The translations under genes and the position numbers were made by a program. Below, in pieces: positions 1 through 11,388 of a stretch of 34,700 bases of DNA; the stretch's first letter is position 1; every line of letters starts with the position of its first letter. The DNA is from Catajapyx aquilonaris (taxonomy: Eukaryota). A model generated the notes under the pieces. The model was not told the origin of the DNA, searched no databases, and saw nothing but the letters and a program-made list of their open reading frames with translations. The stretch covers positions 1 through 34,700 of the forward strand of contig JYFJ02004132.1 of NCBI GenBank assembly GCA_000934665.2, given 5' to 3'.

Positions 1-526
1 CTGTTCTGGTGTTCGCTGGAGGGTTTCACATGAGGTCACTAGCTGCCAAACCACAGGCCAAATCCGTCGGAACTGGCCAGACCCGGGTGTGTCAATAAAT
101 AGGCCTTCCGGTCTGTTCATTGTTGGGTGCAGTTGGCGCAACTGAGACAGGTCAACAGGCAGCGTTGTTTAGTTACCAGCAAATAATAGTTCTTGTAGAG
201 TCAGGACCAGGACATGCCTTACTCAGGGGGCCTGTTTGAGGGCCGCCCAAGGGCTTCTAGTGTTCTAACAGTACAGTCTGCATTGGGCATTCTCTCATTA
301 ATTGGTACATGCATGGGCATTGGACCTAATATCAGCAGGTGCTAAGACTGGTAACTAAACAACGCTGCCTGTTGACCTGTCTCAGTTGCGCCAACTGCAC
401 CCAACAATGAACAGACCAGAAGGACTATTTATTGACACACCCGGGTCTGTCCAGTTCCGACGGATTGGGCCTGTGGTTTGGCAGCTAGTGACCTCATGTG
501 AAACCCTCCAACGAACACCAGAACAG
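1..526. repeat. Long inverted repeat (foldback), arms 1-179 and 348-526; probably extends left of the window
   Basis: 348-526 is the reverse complement of 1-179 with about 5 substitutions; 168-bp spacer. Confidence 0.92.
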
Positions 527-605
527 GCCTGTTTCCCACGGATGACCCTTTTTTCCCTCATTAATATTGTTACATGGGCATTAGACCTAATATCAGCAGG
601 TGCTA
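312..605 (+). repeat. 33-bp direct repeat (312-344 and 573-605) bracketing the right foldback arm
   Basis: CATGGGCATT(G/A)GACCTAATATCAGCAGGTGCTA occurs twice, 261 bp apart, each copy preceded by CTCATTAAT. Confidence 0.85.
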
Positions 606-761
606 TTCCCGATTCTCCAGAAAGAGCCAGAAAGCATCTCTTAGCAACCACCTGCTTATAAACAAGCAGCTTGCGCGATTTTTCCAATAACTACTGGTGC
701 CATAAAGTTGGATCACCCTGTATATATATAGTATATACTAGTATATAAAGCTAAAGGCAAT

Positions 762-1294
762 GGATTTCTTAGAGTGAACTGCTGGGCCCATGGCCCCGCC
801 CCCATACAAACTTCTCTCCTCCCTCCTCCCCAACTTCTCCCCCCCACCACCACTTTGGAACCATAACAACATGTATCCCTCCGCCAGAGCCGGACAATTC
901 CGATGGTGCTTATGCGCGCCGAAAAGAAGTGAAAAGAAGAGATTCGACGAACACCGTTGCCTTGGATTCGAACGATGCTTCGAAATTACGCGGGCACGGA
1001 TCCCGATGCTCTTTTGTCTCTCACCTTGAAAGTAGTCCCCATGTGGCAAGGTTGCTGATTTTAATTTTTCTATTACGCTATTCTAAATAATGCTTTAGTG
1101 TTCATAAATTATGTCAGAACCAAATAATTGATATCGGTCGAATTCCTTTTTAAAATACACCGTCAATTACATTTATGTATTTTCACCTGGCAACCTTACT
1201 GTGACGCACGGTCATACAAGCGACCCCATTGGTTCGCCCGGGGGGGGGTGTCTGTTCACTCTAAGAAATCNTGTCTGTTCACTCTAAGAAATCC
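762..1294. mobile_element. Putative MITE / non-autonomous DNA transposon with 18-bp terminal inverted repeats
   Basis: GGATTTCTTAGAGTGAAC (762-779) and its exact reverse complement GTTCACTCTAAGAAATCC (1277-1294). No coding capacity; TSD not clear. Confidence 0.6.
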
Positions 1295-1464
1295 GTATGT
1301 TGAGTTGTATATGCTGCAGTATAGTAATACCGAATGTCCAGAAACACTCACAAGTCAGTGTAATTAAAACTAAGCAGGTCTGCTATGCCAATGGCGAATC
1401 CAAGGCTTGATGGAAGCATAGTGATTATTTTGTAGGGAGGTAGACACAAGGGGTTAACCACTTC

Positions 1465-1554
1465 GGTACTCCGGTGTACACCTGCAGTGGTACTCCCGGG
1501 TACGGTACTCCTTAGGTACCTTACTCTTTGGTACTCCTTGAATTTTGGTACTCC
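1465..1554. repeat. Cluster of short GGTACTCC motifs
   Basis: GGTACTCC at about 1465, 1489, 1504, 1530 and 1547, plus a GGTACC variant, irregularly spaced. Confidence 0.6.
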
Positions 1555-1979
1555 AGTGGACACTTTATAGTCGAATGGTTAAGCCCTTGGGTAGACCGTT
1601 GGTCACACATGTGCCATTGTGGGTTCAGCTGCAGGTTCAGCCGGCGGAAATACCTTACAATGGCACCTAGAGCAATATAGCACTCATTCTCGAATCATTC
1701 ACAGGCTCCGAATAATATACATTTGTCACCTAAGGGCCGTTTGCATCAACGCAAATTAAGGAGGAATCTTGTGATTTCATTGACAAAATCGGAGATTTTC
1801 ACTAATTTACAACTGGCCTAGTTAAGCCTGCTAACACTTCAACATTTGTGGTGCATTTCCCCCCGGTCTCTCCAGAGCATTGTGGAGAACTCCTGTGTTC
1901 CACGAAGTAGCCTACTGTACATTGATGGTGCCACCATAGATATTAAGGGTGCCACGATAGACATGGCGCCAGGTCTATT

Positions 1980-2022
1980 TCTCTTTCAATCGCCGCATTT
2001 GAAATGCGGCGATTGAAAGAGA
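1980..2022. repeat. Perfect hairpin/palindrome with 21-bp arms and a 1-nt centre
   Basis: TCTCTTTCAATCGCCGCATTT-G-AAATGCGGCGATTGAAAGAGA. Confidence 0.92.
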
Positions 2023-2269
2023 GTAATAAAGAAGGTTATTACTCTTGAGCTTATACAGAGAAATATCCGCTTGAGAACTCTAAATAATTCAGGGATTCTT
2101 GTATCAATCAAAATGTTATTTTCCCCACACAGCCGAGTAATTTGCACAGCGTCCTTTCCCAATTGATTGTTTGCTCGCAGGTACGTAAAAGTGTCGCCTA
2201 TAGAATTTCTTGGTGGGAGCCATATACGGTACTGGGTTCTGGAGAGTTCAACAGAATAAGCAATTTCCT

Positions 2270-2612
2270 CCTGTAACATCCGAATGTTCAGTAACCGTCC
2301 TTTTTGTACGTTGTCATTATGGAATGAATGTTCACCGATCGTTCTTATGCCTCAATTTTAACATTGAAAACGTTGATTGGTACGGCATTTTAATATGTAC
2401 AATATCCATTTGCTGATTAGCCTTTATTGGACGTAACTTGTTAAGGAGTGTTATGTTAGCTATATTGTCGCGCATGAACTACACATTATAAAATCCAATG
2501 TCCAGTATTGAACATTCACTTGATATTCACTGAACGTTTACCTAACACTGGACATTCAGAACATTGACATGGGCATTCGTGGACCTTCACTAAATGTTCA
2601 CATGTTTCTGGG
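2270..2612. mobile_element. Degenerate remnant of a repeat-rich non-autonomous DNA element
   Basis: Many AATGTT/AACATT/GACATT motifs in both orientations, ending in ATGTTTCTGGG. No matching left end seen. Confidence 0.35.
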
Positions 2613-3589
2613 GTCAGTAACAGTGAGGTCATGTCCAAAGGGGTGTCGTAAAGATATCTGAGGTAATGGTTGCGTTATACCAGTCCAATAATTAATATTC
2701 CCGTAAAACATGGGCAGATATTTTTACTCGCTATATTAAATCAGAAACAATGAAGTCGGCCACATGTATGATTTTATTCCTGTATACTTACTGCACCGGT
2801 ATAATAGAGGCGTACCATGAGAATTAGAAATGAGGGAAAAATAGGATTTTAAAAAAGGTCTCACATATTATATCATTACTGATACAGGGTTCCTGGACGT
2901 TTTCAAGTGAATATTTTCCATCAAAATTTTCCCTCCTTCCCCAACTGTCCCATATTGATCAAAATAATATAAAGCCCTTTAAGTAAATGCCAGTTCGGCC
3001 AGTCTAATAACGCGCATCCGTGAGAAATAGGCAGTATCTGCTATCGTTGAACATAAGAGGCTGCCATTGTTCACAAATATCATTACGTGCATGTCATGAA
3101 CAGCCTTGTGAACAGCCCATACACTATACGTATACCCTACCTCAACTCTAACAAAAGAAACCCCACATTACAATCAAACGTGACTCAATCCCGAAAGACA
3201 GTTGGATCTGAAGAGAACATCCTAAGCTACGTCAGTGAGTAGTTCCATTTCCATCAGCACTCCAAGCAAACCTTCCCCATGTTGGGCTGCACTCCAGAGC
3301 ATGTCGGCAACCAGAAGAGGGCCAACACGGGGCGGTGACAAAGTGCAATATTAATTTCCCACCATCCGGCCATTTAGGAGGCCACCCTGCAGGTTTATTT
3401 GGTGGGGCTTTCCTCATTCGGGGAGTTAATCTGTCCGGATGACTCACTGTCATTCAAATGGCTGCAGAGATGAGCCTAGAACCGTCCTGTTGTGGTTTCT
3501 CCCCACCCACTCTGTTTTCCCGGGTATCTATTGTTCCGCTTGTCGCTATCCGTAAAAGTGGGAGAACGGCTGATATAGTCGTCAATAAG

Positions 3590-3720
3590 ACGTGACGGCG
3601 TACGCCTAGTACGTCACGTACTCATGTGACGTCACATCGTAATCCGAATTGCGACATGCACGCGCACGTGCTATCGATAGCCCCCCGCATCTGATATATT
3701 CAAAGGGCCGGAAGTTGTAG
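3590..3720. promoter_or_regulatory. CpG-rich promoter-like motif cluster (CRE, E-box, DRE, ETS)
   Basis: TGACGTCA 3627-3634, GCACGTGC 3664-3671, TATCGATA 3672-3679, CCGGAAGT 3708-3715. Confidence 0.5.
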
Positions 3721-4094
3721 TGGCGGTATAACTATGCAAATGTGTTCCATTAACGTCACTCCGTTTTTAGTGATTTCTATCGGGTACGCTCAGGTTCAAA
3801 ATGTGCTAGCCATTAGATTGTACTCGATCGGTTCACTTATGGGTGCACGTGTTGTAATGAACTAATGGTAGACACTCGTAAAAATTAATAAAAACACTCA
3901 TACTGAATACCTGTGCGTTATTGTACGCGTAATTTCGTCCACCTTCTGCAGTGTTTACATAATGCAGCAATGATAGCAACGCTCTGTAACAATATGAATT
4001 TGTTTCATTATTGTCATATTACATTGTTAAAGCGTGGTTGTCTCGGTGAAATAGATGATCTATCCAGGATTTAACGGATTACTGGCCCCAAATA

Positions 4095-4723
4095 CACTAA
4101 ACCCCTGTTGTTGGACACCCCTACATGTTGGACACCCCTCAATGTCGGACATTTTTTCAGTAACCGTGGAAAAGGCTATCTATTTGTATGGGCACATTAG
4201 CTCTTAAGTTGGACACCCCTCTATCCTGGAAGTTGGACGCTTTTTGTCACCTAAGGTACACAGTGAATGGGATCAAAAATCTCCGTCCAGCCTGCTGATT
4301 TTTCAGGTCGTTACTGTGCGGTATGCCTTGGCCTCCCAACCAAAAGTGAAGGACACCATTTACGCAGCCCGAAAACTCATCGAAACTGAAATCATGGTGT
4401 CTATATACTCAGGCCAAACTGAAACAGTCCAGGGTGACTGATTTCTTTTGTAAAAAGTGAGCGTCCATATCAGTCGCAAAATCCTGTAATGTTGTATTGT
4501 ACTGTACTTTAGTCTATCTGTTCTCTACGGATAATACATTATTATACTGTACACTACGTACTGTAATAGTTTTTATGAAGGTGTTTTCTTCATGTTAAGG
4601 CATGCATGACCGTATACCCTCCACAGTACTGTATACTGTAATACATCTCTCTAAGTTAGACACCCCTCTATATCGGACATTTTTTGTGGAACCGTGAGTG
4701 TCCAACTTAGAGGGGTTTTACTG
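4095..4723. mobile_element. Tc1/mariner-superfamily (pogo/Tigger-like) non-autonomous element
   Basis: Left end TA|CACTAAACCCCTGTTGTTGGACAC; the right end reads TA|CAGTAAAACCCCTCTAAGTTGGACAC on the reverse strand. TA target-site duplication. Subterminal (TT/TC)GGACA(CCCCT) repeats at both ends. 629 bp, no transposase ORF. Confidence 0.8.
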
Positions 4724-7700
4724 TAATGAATTTCATCCGTTAAACCATTGGTATATAATCTAAGTGACGCAACGGGGGCCTAAATATTGGCGTGCTGTCG
4801 GATGGTGACAAGCTATTTATAACCTTCAGAAGCTGGGCTGGGAATTATGTGGAAATCGGTTGCTGCCGAGAGCATTAGCTTCCAAACAACCCTGTACTGT
4901 ACAGTCTATACAGTAACGACTTATCATCATGAGTGTTCGACTTGGGTGTAAACATCGAAAACAAAAACAACCTGTAGGTCTAATAAACCATTTAGTCAAC
5001 TCTATTTCTGTAGAATTTTCACTATGTGCTTACGTTAGAGAATGTGGCAAAAAACTACACGGCCGCGGCCGGGATAAAACTATAGTCAAGACTTGTCAAT
5101 TTAAAGCACCTGAACTTCCTTATGGTTCCCCGGAGGAAGAAGCCTTGAGAACAAGACGAGCAAGGTTAGTTCCAAAGGGACGGTAAACTCGTAAAAAAGA
5201 AAACAGCGCGTTATCCGCAGGAAATTGTTCATCAGCATCATCGCCTCGGAGCAGCAGATGGGAAAATTTTCTGGGAAATAATCATGCGTTTCCAGCATTG
5301 TGAAGGACAGGGAACATCAACGGCCTCGGTGTGTTCTACTTTCATGAACTTATGAAGGGAATAAGGGCAGGTCGTATGAACACAAATTAAGAAAATCTCC
5401 ATTTATGACTGGTTATGTAATTGTGAATTCTATTCGTAATTGCACATTTTCTCTCAGTTTTCATACAACCGGCCCCATAGTAGTTAAATATATTTATCAC
5501 ACTCTTACATTTTTAAGACGCGAGTAAGTTTTGGAGCCCAGTATAGTTCGAAAGTCCGATAACAAACAATTGTTCTCAATAACAGGTGCCCTTTCAACTA
5601 GCATTTGAATGGCGCAGGAACAGCTATTCATATCCAATCGGTACGTTTTAAAAAGAGAACATCCGACGGCTATGAGAAGGACAATAGTGCTGACGCTTGT
5701 CAGCAGGAAGGAAGGTCGGATGGTAAAAGACGTCAGTCGTTTCATGAATGACAAGTAGTCTGCCTGAGAAATGAGCCATCTACAGTTCAGTGGCTTAACT
5801 GCGATTCAGAGAAAGCGTACTACCCTCGCACATATTCAATTTGGTCGCAACAAGTGCGTATCACGTGTGAGACGTCTTCGTTACGAAAGCATGCATGAGT
5901 TGTCCTTGGCAATGACAGTGCGACGGAAGACAAGTGCACTTGCGGCGCACTAGGTAGTAAATACTACATTCATTCAATGTTATCGCCGTCATTTCGGTAT
6001 ACACAACGGTGCATCAATGAAATGTCCCTCTAAAATGAGGCGGTAAAAATGCAAGACTAATATTGCACTGTATATTAATGTTATGTTAAATAAGAGGAAT
6101 TAATATATTATTACCCAAATCATGCTGCAGGAGTCAACTGTCAACTCTTTATTATTGTTAAGAAGCGCCTCCAAGAATGGTGAAGAAAAGAAGTTAAGAT
6201 AACAATTGCTAGGAATTTATCATGTATTGAAACCTTTGAATCTATACTTCACTCTCCAAAGTCCAAATAAAAGGGATGGTTTTTGACGTTTCAGATAAAA
6301 TCTGTGCAATTTTTTGGCAAGTTTACGGACTACTTTTTAATTTCATATGAAAACAAAAAATTAATGCTGGTTAACTACTAGTGAGACCGAACAGTTTCAA
6401 CTGAAACCGATGCAACAATAAGAGGCAACGCATGTTAAACGTGGCGAAATATGGGAGCATGAAGAATAATCATTCACAATCAAATATTGTAAAAACCAAC
6501 CATATGCGATATTTTTATGGATATGTTTTGATTAGTGACCCCATTCACTATTTCTGATTTAATTGTAATTATTATAGAGGCCTTCAGGAGGTCTTGCCGT
6601 ACCCTTGTTGCTGGTCTGTGGCATACAGCGTAGGCGGATCGTGACTAAATTCCCCATGGTAAAAGATAAATGACTCTTGAAATGACTACAGGTCTGCGTC
6701 ATGAGTACTTTACCATGATTATTAGTAGACCTACTTGTATGATTCGAGGTTTTTAATATTGGACTGCTTGGCTTGATGACACGCCACTAATTCATGCAGC
6801 TGTATAAGTGGGTGATTCAGTGAATGCTTCCACATTAATATATTTAGCATTATTGTTAATGTTTCATTATTTCAATTTATAACGTTAACATCTATATCCT
6901 AATAATTACAGTGCTCAACGGCCATTGTCAAACAAATCACATCCATGCTCCAGGTGTGTTGTAACTATTCATTCTTAAATTTCGTGTAAGGTACCATTTC
7001 TATGGTTCACAGTTGTAACTCTTGACTAATGCATGCAAGACAATCTCGGTCAAAAGCAGTGTATTTGCGCTATTACCTTTAAACTATACATGAAGTTTCA
7101 ACAATTTCTGCCGAAAACCCCCCTCCAATGATTTATTTAATATTATCACAGCACCAATTTAAAGTGACTCACTGCATATCATATCAAGAGCTTCTAACTC
7201 TGTATGATATGCAATTGAGTCGCCTCCCCCTATATACACCATGCGTGACATGTGTGCAACACATGACGTCACGACGTTTAAAAAAAACTCCAGCTGGAAT
7301 AGGCATATCAATATGGTTGAATAATTCAGGAGAGGAAGTTTGTAGTGGTGGGTTGATAAGGGTCTGACCTACATTGTGGAGGGCACCAAAAAGTTGGCGT
7401 GATCTCCTTCACACACAACGATATAGTAGCCCTATGCCGGATACTACGAATAGAACACCACTATTTTCTACCCCCTTTCCATCCCACCCCACCATGACCA
7501 CTTTCCCCAAAAAGGCCCTTGTCCCAATTCTCGCAAATTTTCCGTCCTATACTTTAGGATGGGATATTGTGTTGAGGTGGGTCCTGGCTCTTGGTCTTCT
7601 GGGATGCTAGCCAATATTTTTGGGAGACGGGACTAAAACGGTGCCATTTTTTCTCTCACGTGAGATCATCGGACAGTGTTAGATACAGCCCGAGTAAAAG

Positions 7701-8803
7701 CTGGATTAATGCCATAAATACGGCAACAATCGTATTTCAACTCTATAAATACGTTCGCACATGTTGAGGATTTCCGGATTGTGGTGCAGTCATTTGCGAC
7801 ATATTTCGACAGAATTGTGGCACGCATATTGAGTTCACCGTAATGTCACGCTAAGTGTAAGCCCCCACGCTAGTCAATAACGTTACACCAAGTTTCGCAA
7901 CTGTCGAAATCCAATATCGCGGGTACTTGACCGCCGACGTTGCGGGATCCCCGAACTATCAGAAAAATAACCACAGCGGAGTCTGCGCTGTGATGCGGAT
8001 GCTGCGACCTATGGCGAAAGGTCAGAAAAATAATAAATACCCTACGCAACTATACAAGTGATGCAAACTGCCTTGCATTATAATCGCCCATGATTAATTT
8101 TAGTAGCGCCACTTAATACAGTACTAGGTAAGGGTAATAAATTGAACATAACTCTGGCATTAAGACGGAACCAGTAAATTCTAATGGTTACACATTATTA
8201 AATGAGCAATTAATTTGAACCCAACAAGCAAGCCTCTTTTATGGCCTTTCAACTTATTGACCCCCCCCCCCTTCCCCTGCAATAAATAAATCTGCATCAA
8301 TGTACATTCCAACCCACTAATTTTCCCCTATTGATGCATATCAGGACTATGTCACCCGCGTCGCAATATTAGTTATGATACATCCATACGAAACCTGAGC
8401 TCTAGTCATCCCCTAGGCTTTCACTATTCACCGCAATATGTTCGCAACCACTCATAGCACGCACCCCCACCTTGCACTATTGTGTCCTCATTGAATCAAC
8501 CTGATAGTGCCGACCTTGGATTAAACAGCGATGATTCATACTACCCTCCCCCCCCCCTCCCCCACATGAAACTACGTCACCCCAACAGAGTCGCGCTGAT
8601 TGTTAATAACAATTCCGCGTGTATTATATGCAGTGGGTACGTTGTCGTCCTTGGGGTGGGCAAGGTCCCCCATTCACCTTGAAAATGAATGACCCGTCCC
8701 ATTCGCACCGTGCTGCCAGCAGACGCCAACTAGCGTCCTCCACTCGCATCTGCCCCGATATGAGTCATCGCCCATCGCGGTAGCTGCTGTCTGTTTGCCG
8801 CTT

Positions 8804-8966
8804 ATGCCAGCCCAGCCAGCGCACATTCGTGGCTTGGAGTCCGGAGCGCGTGGTTCGGATTCAGAGCTGCTCCATATTACTTGTGTGGACTGTACAGTGT
8901 TGGAGGAAACAGCTGTACTGGCGGTGGATTTCTGCATTGGCACGACGGTTCGGCATGATTATTCTG
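8804..8966 (+). CDS. DUSP10: Putative first coding exon of DUSP10/MKP5-like gene (N-terminal extension MPAQPAHIRGLESG...VRHDYS/G)
   Basis: ATG at 8804 is the first in-frame ATG after an in-frame TGA at 8690. The frame is open to a consensus donor TCTG|GTAAGT at 8966/8967. Its 163 nt (phase 1) match the phase of the acceptor at 11389. I recognise no homology, so it could be a 5'UTR exon instead. Confidence 0.6.
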
Positions 8967-9987
8967 GTAAGTGGAGGTGTTTGAAGGTGTCTGGAGTGTG
9001 TGATTTACCGCAATATATTGTTGGATATTGTCAAATTCATGTATATTCAAGCAGGCACATTTTATTTCCAAGCTGACATTTTTACAGATAGGGAAGATTG
9101 TAAATAAAATTTAAATGGACAGTCAATATGTAATTATATCGTGCAATCTTACTATTGGGCTTGTAGTGAGCAGGTAAAAATGTATTGGCTTCCGCCTGGA
9201 GCAGTCGATATCATAGTGACAACGTGTGTACATGGTAAAGTGCAATATTTATGACCTGGGGCTTCGATTGTTGTCCTCGGTACAATGCTGCACCTTACGT
9301 GTAAGTAAACAAAGTAGTATTATCTGGAAGATAGGTTATCAGGCCATTTTTTTCATCCAAAGGTGATATATACACCTTATGAGTCATAGCTGGCGTGCAT
9401 CCAAGTCTTTTACTGTATATTACTTAAAATAATCCCAAGTAAAAAAAATTTTGCCGCTTGCTAACCGAAGGTTGAAAGACGGTAGGTTTACAGTAACTAG
9501 CGCAACGTTTGAGTCATCCGACAAGGCCATAATAATGTAATATTGTTGAAACTGATGGGTCAGCAGAGCAAACAGGAAATACGTTAACTAGAATGTAACG
9601 CATGATCTCCACTTGTAGATTCGCAACTGGATCCCGGGCCCGACTCCCACGTCATATTTGCGAGGATCCGGACGCGAAATAGTTTTCGTTTGTTTGTGTC
9701 GAGTGTGCTCTCACGAGTCATAGGTTAAGTCAGCGGCAGTTCCCAAAACAGTGATATCACTTTTTTTGCCCCTTTATTCCCGAACCTGTTTCAAAATTCA
9801 GTCACCCCTGCCGGCCATGATTCACGGTGGTTTCGCAACCCACGTTTCTAAATCGAGGATTAATCAGACAACATTTGCATCAGGGTGACTAAAGCTATTG
9901 TAGGAGTTGGACTGGGGGTGGNGGGTGAAAAATGAAAAGTGACAAAGCGATAGTATGAACGATACCGATTATTACATATGTTTTTTT

Positions 9988-10007
9988 TCTCTCTCTCTCT
10001 CTCTCTC
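9988..10007. repeat. (TC)n microsatellite
   Basis: About 10 TC units after a T run in intron 1. Confidence 0.85.
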
Positions 10008-11388
10008 ATCTTCTACTGGTCACTTGTCTGATAAGGAGATGTGAGACGTTGAATCATCATTGGGCTTGGGTCAACTTCGCCCAAGATCAATGGCCGGTTT
10101 GTGTCGGCACGTGATCACAGATCCGAAGGGACTTTTCGTAGGCCTGAGCTCGGTCACGTAATCCTCGAGTGTCTTTACGCAATAGGCTTTTTAGGTGCTT
10201 CGAAGAGGATGCGTCACGGATATTTCGCTCTTGAGTCAAAAAGTAACCCGGGCAAATTCTTCGCGGACTTTCTGAATCATCCGGACAGATGTGGGCTCGG
10301 GAACACCTTATAAGTGGGTTTGGGCAAACCCCGGGGCATTCCATCAGGGCGTGCTCCGTTCGGATTATTAGTGTGACGGGTCACTGTAATTATTATAGCC
10401 GGCTATAATGGATGGCCCTATCGCGGGGGATTGTTCCGTGTCGACCGGTCACTTGTCAAATTAGGGCTGATAATGTGCAAAAAAAATAACATGGTCACTA
10501 TCCTGTAAAATGACTTTGAGACATGAGTAGTACGAGCTGAAATGAGTTTGTGGAATTAATGCTGATAAGTTGTACATTGTACCCCCAAGCAGTGGAAGTG
10601 AACTGTAATGCGATCCGATTTGTTAAAAAAATTAATGGCGAAAGTCTGCGTCAGACGATACGGCTCCCATGGAATATGACTCCAGAACATGGGACGTCCT
10701 AGGCTGACACGAACCGTAGAAAAATAATCACCTTGATTTACGCCAGCCCATATGAACAGCGTTTATTGTCTTACCGTCCCGAAAATAGACATTTATGCTT
10801 ACGTCGGTATCTGTGCTAGCACGTGACCCCTGCCTTACTCACGTTTCTAATTCTGATTTGGATGCTGGGGAGTCTTTGAGGAGGGCAACACACTGAGATG
10901 GGGGAGTTGGAAAGGCGTTTTTCCTAATTTTGGCCCTGGGGCTGTTCCTTTCTGAGCCAGCTGGCGAGGAATTTCTTTTTGCCCCCTCTCTCCACCTACT
11001 GGATATACCATACAAAGCTGAGGGTTCCTGAGGAACCCTTCCACTAGGTAGCAAGGGATATACGTGTTTGGCTGGTTGCCCTCCTGGAGTCAACAGCCCA
11101 CCTCGTGTGAAGCTGCCTGCTTTTACTCCTAGTTTAAAACGTGACTCATGGCCAGATTATGAGGTCCCTAGGCGCGACTACATGGGCAGGGCTGCACTTA
11201 TCTCGACTTTTGTACTTGTCAAAATTCACTCAGGTAGGAAGTTTGAATTATCCAACGAGAATGTCACATTGCAAAGTAATCCTCCTTAGAGACAAGTCTA
11301 GCCTGATCCCCCCCTGATAATGCAGCTGCATACCAATGAATGGCGTGCCATATTGGCAACTCACCATGTATTTATAATCTGTCTGCAG

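Noticed and set aside
1249..1293. 22-bp tandem duplication TGTCTGTTCACTCTAAGAAATC separated by a single N
   Set aside because: An exact duplication around an N is typical of an unmerged contig overlap, so it is likely an assembly artefact.
3329..3352. Minus-strand TATTGCACTTTGTC resembling mature miR-92
   Set aside because: No complementary arm to form a pre-miRNA hairpin, and the 3' half diverges.
4095..4723. Repeated TTGGACACCCCT units superficially resembling a CRISPR array
   Set aside because: The units are short and irregularly spaced in a eukaryotic context, and are explained as subterminal repeats of a TA-flanked TIR element.
4929..5350. Fragments reminiscent of a THAP domain (LGC, RW, VCS)
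   Set aside because: The motifs lie in different frames with stops and lack the conserved Cys/His spacing; too weak without a profile search.
11340..11388. ORF-track start MACHIGNSPCIYNLSA, and similar ORF overhangs at 12109-12137, 18543-18664 and 23892-23904
   Set aside because: These are intronic run-through beyond consensus splice sites, and homology stops at the junctions.
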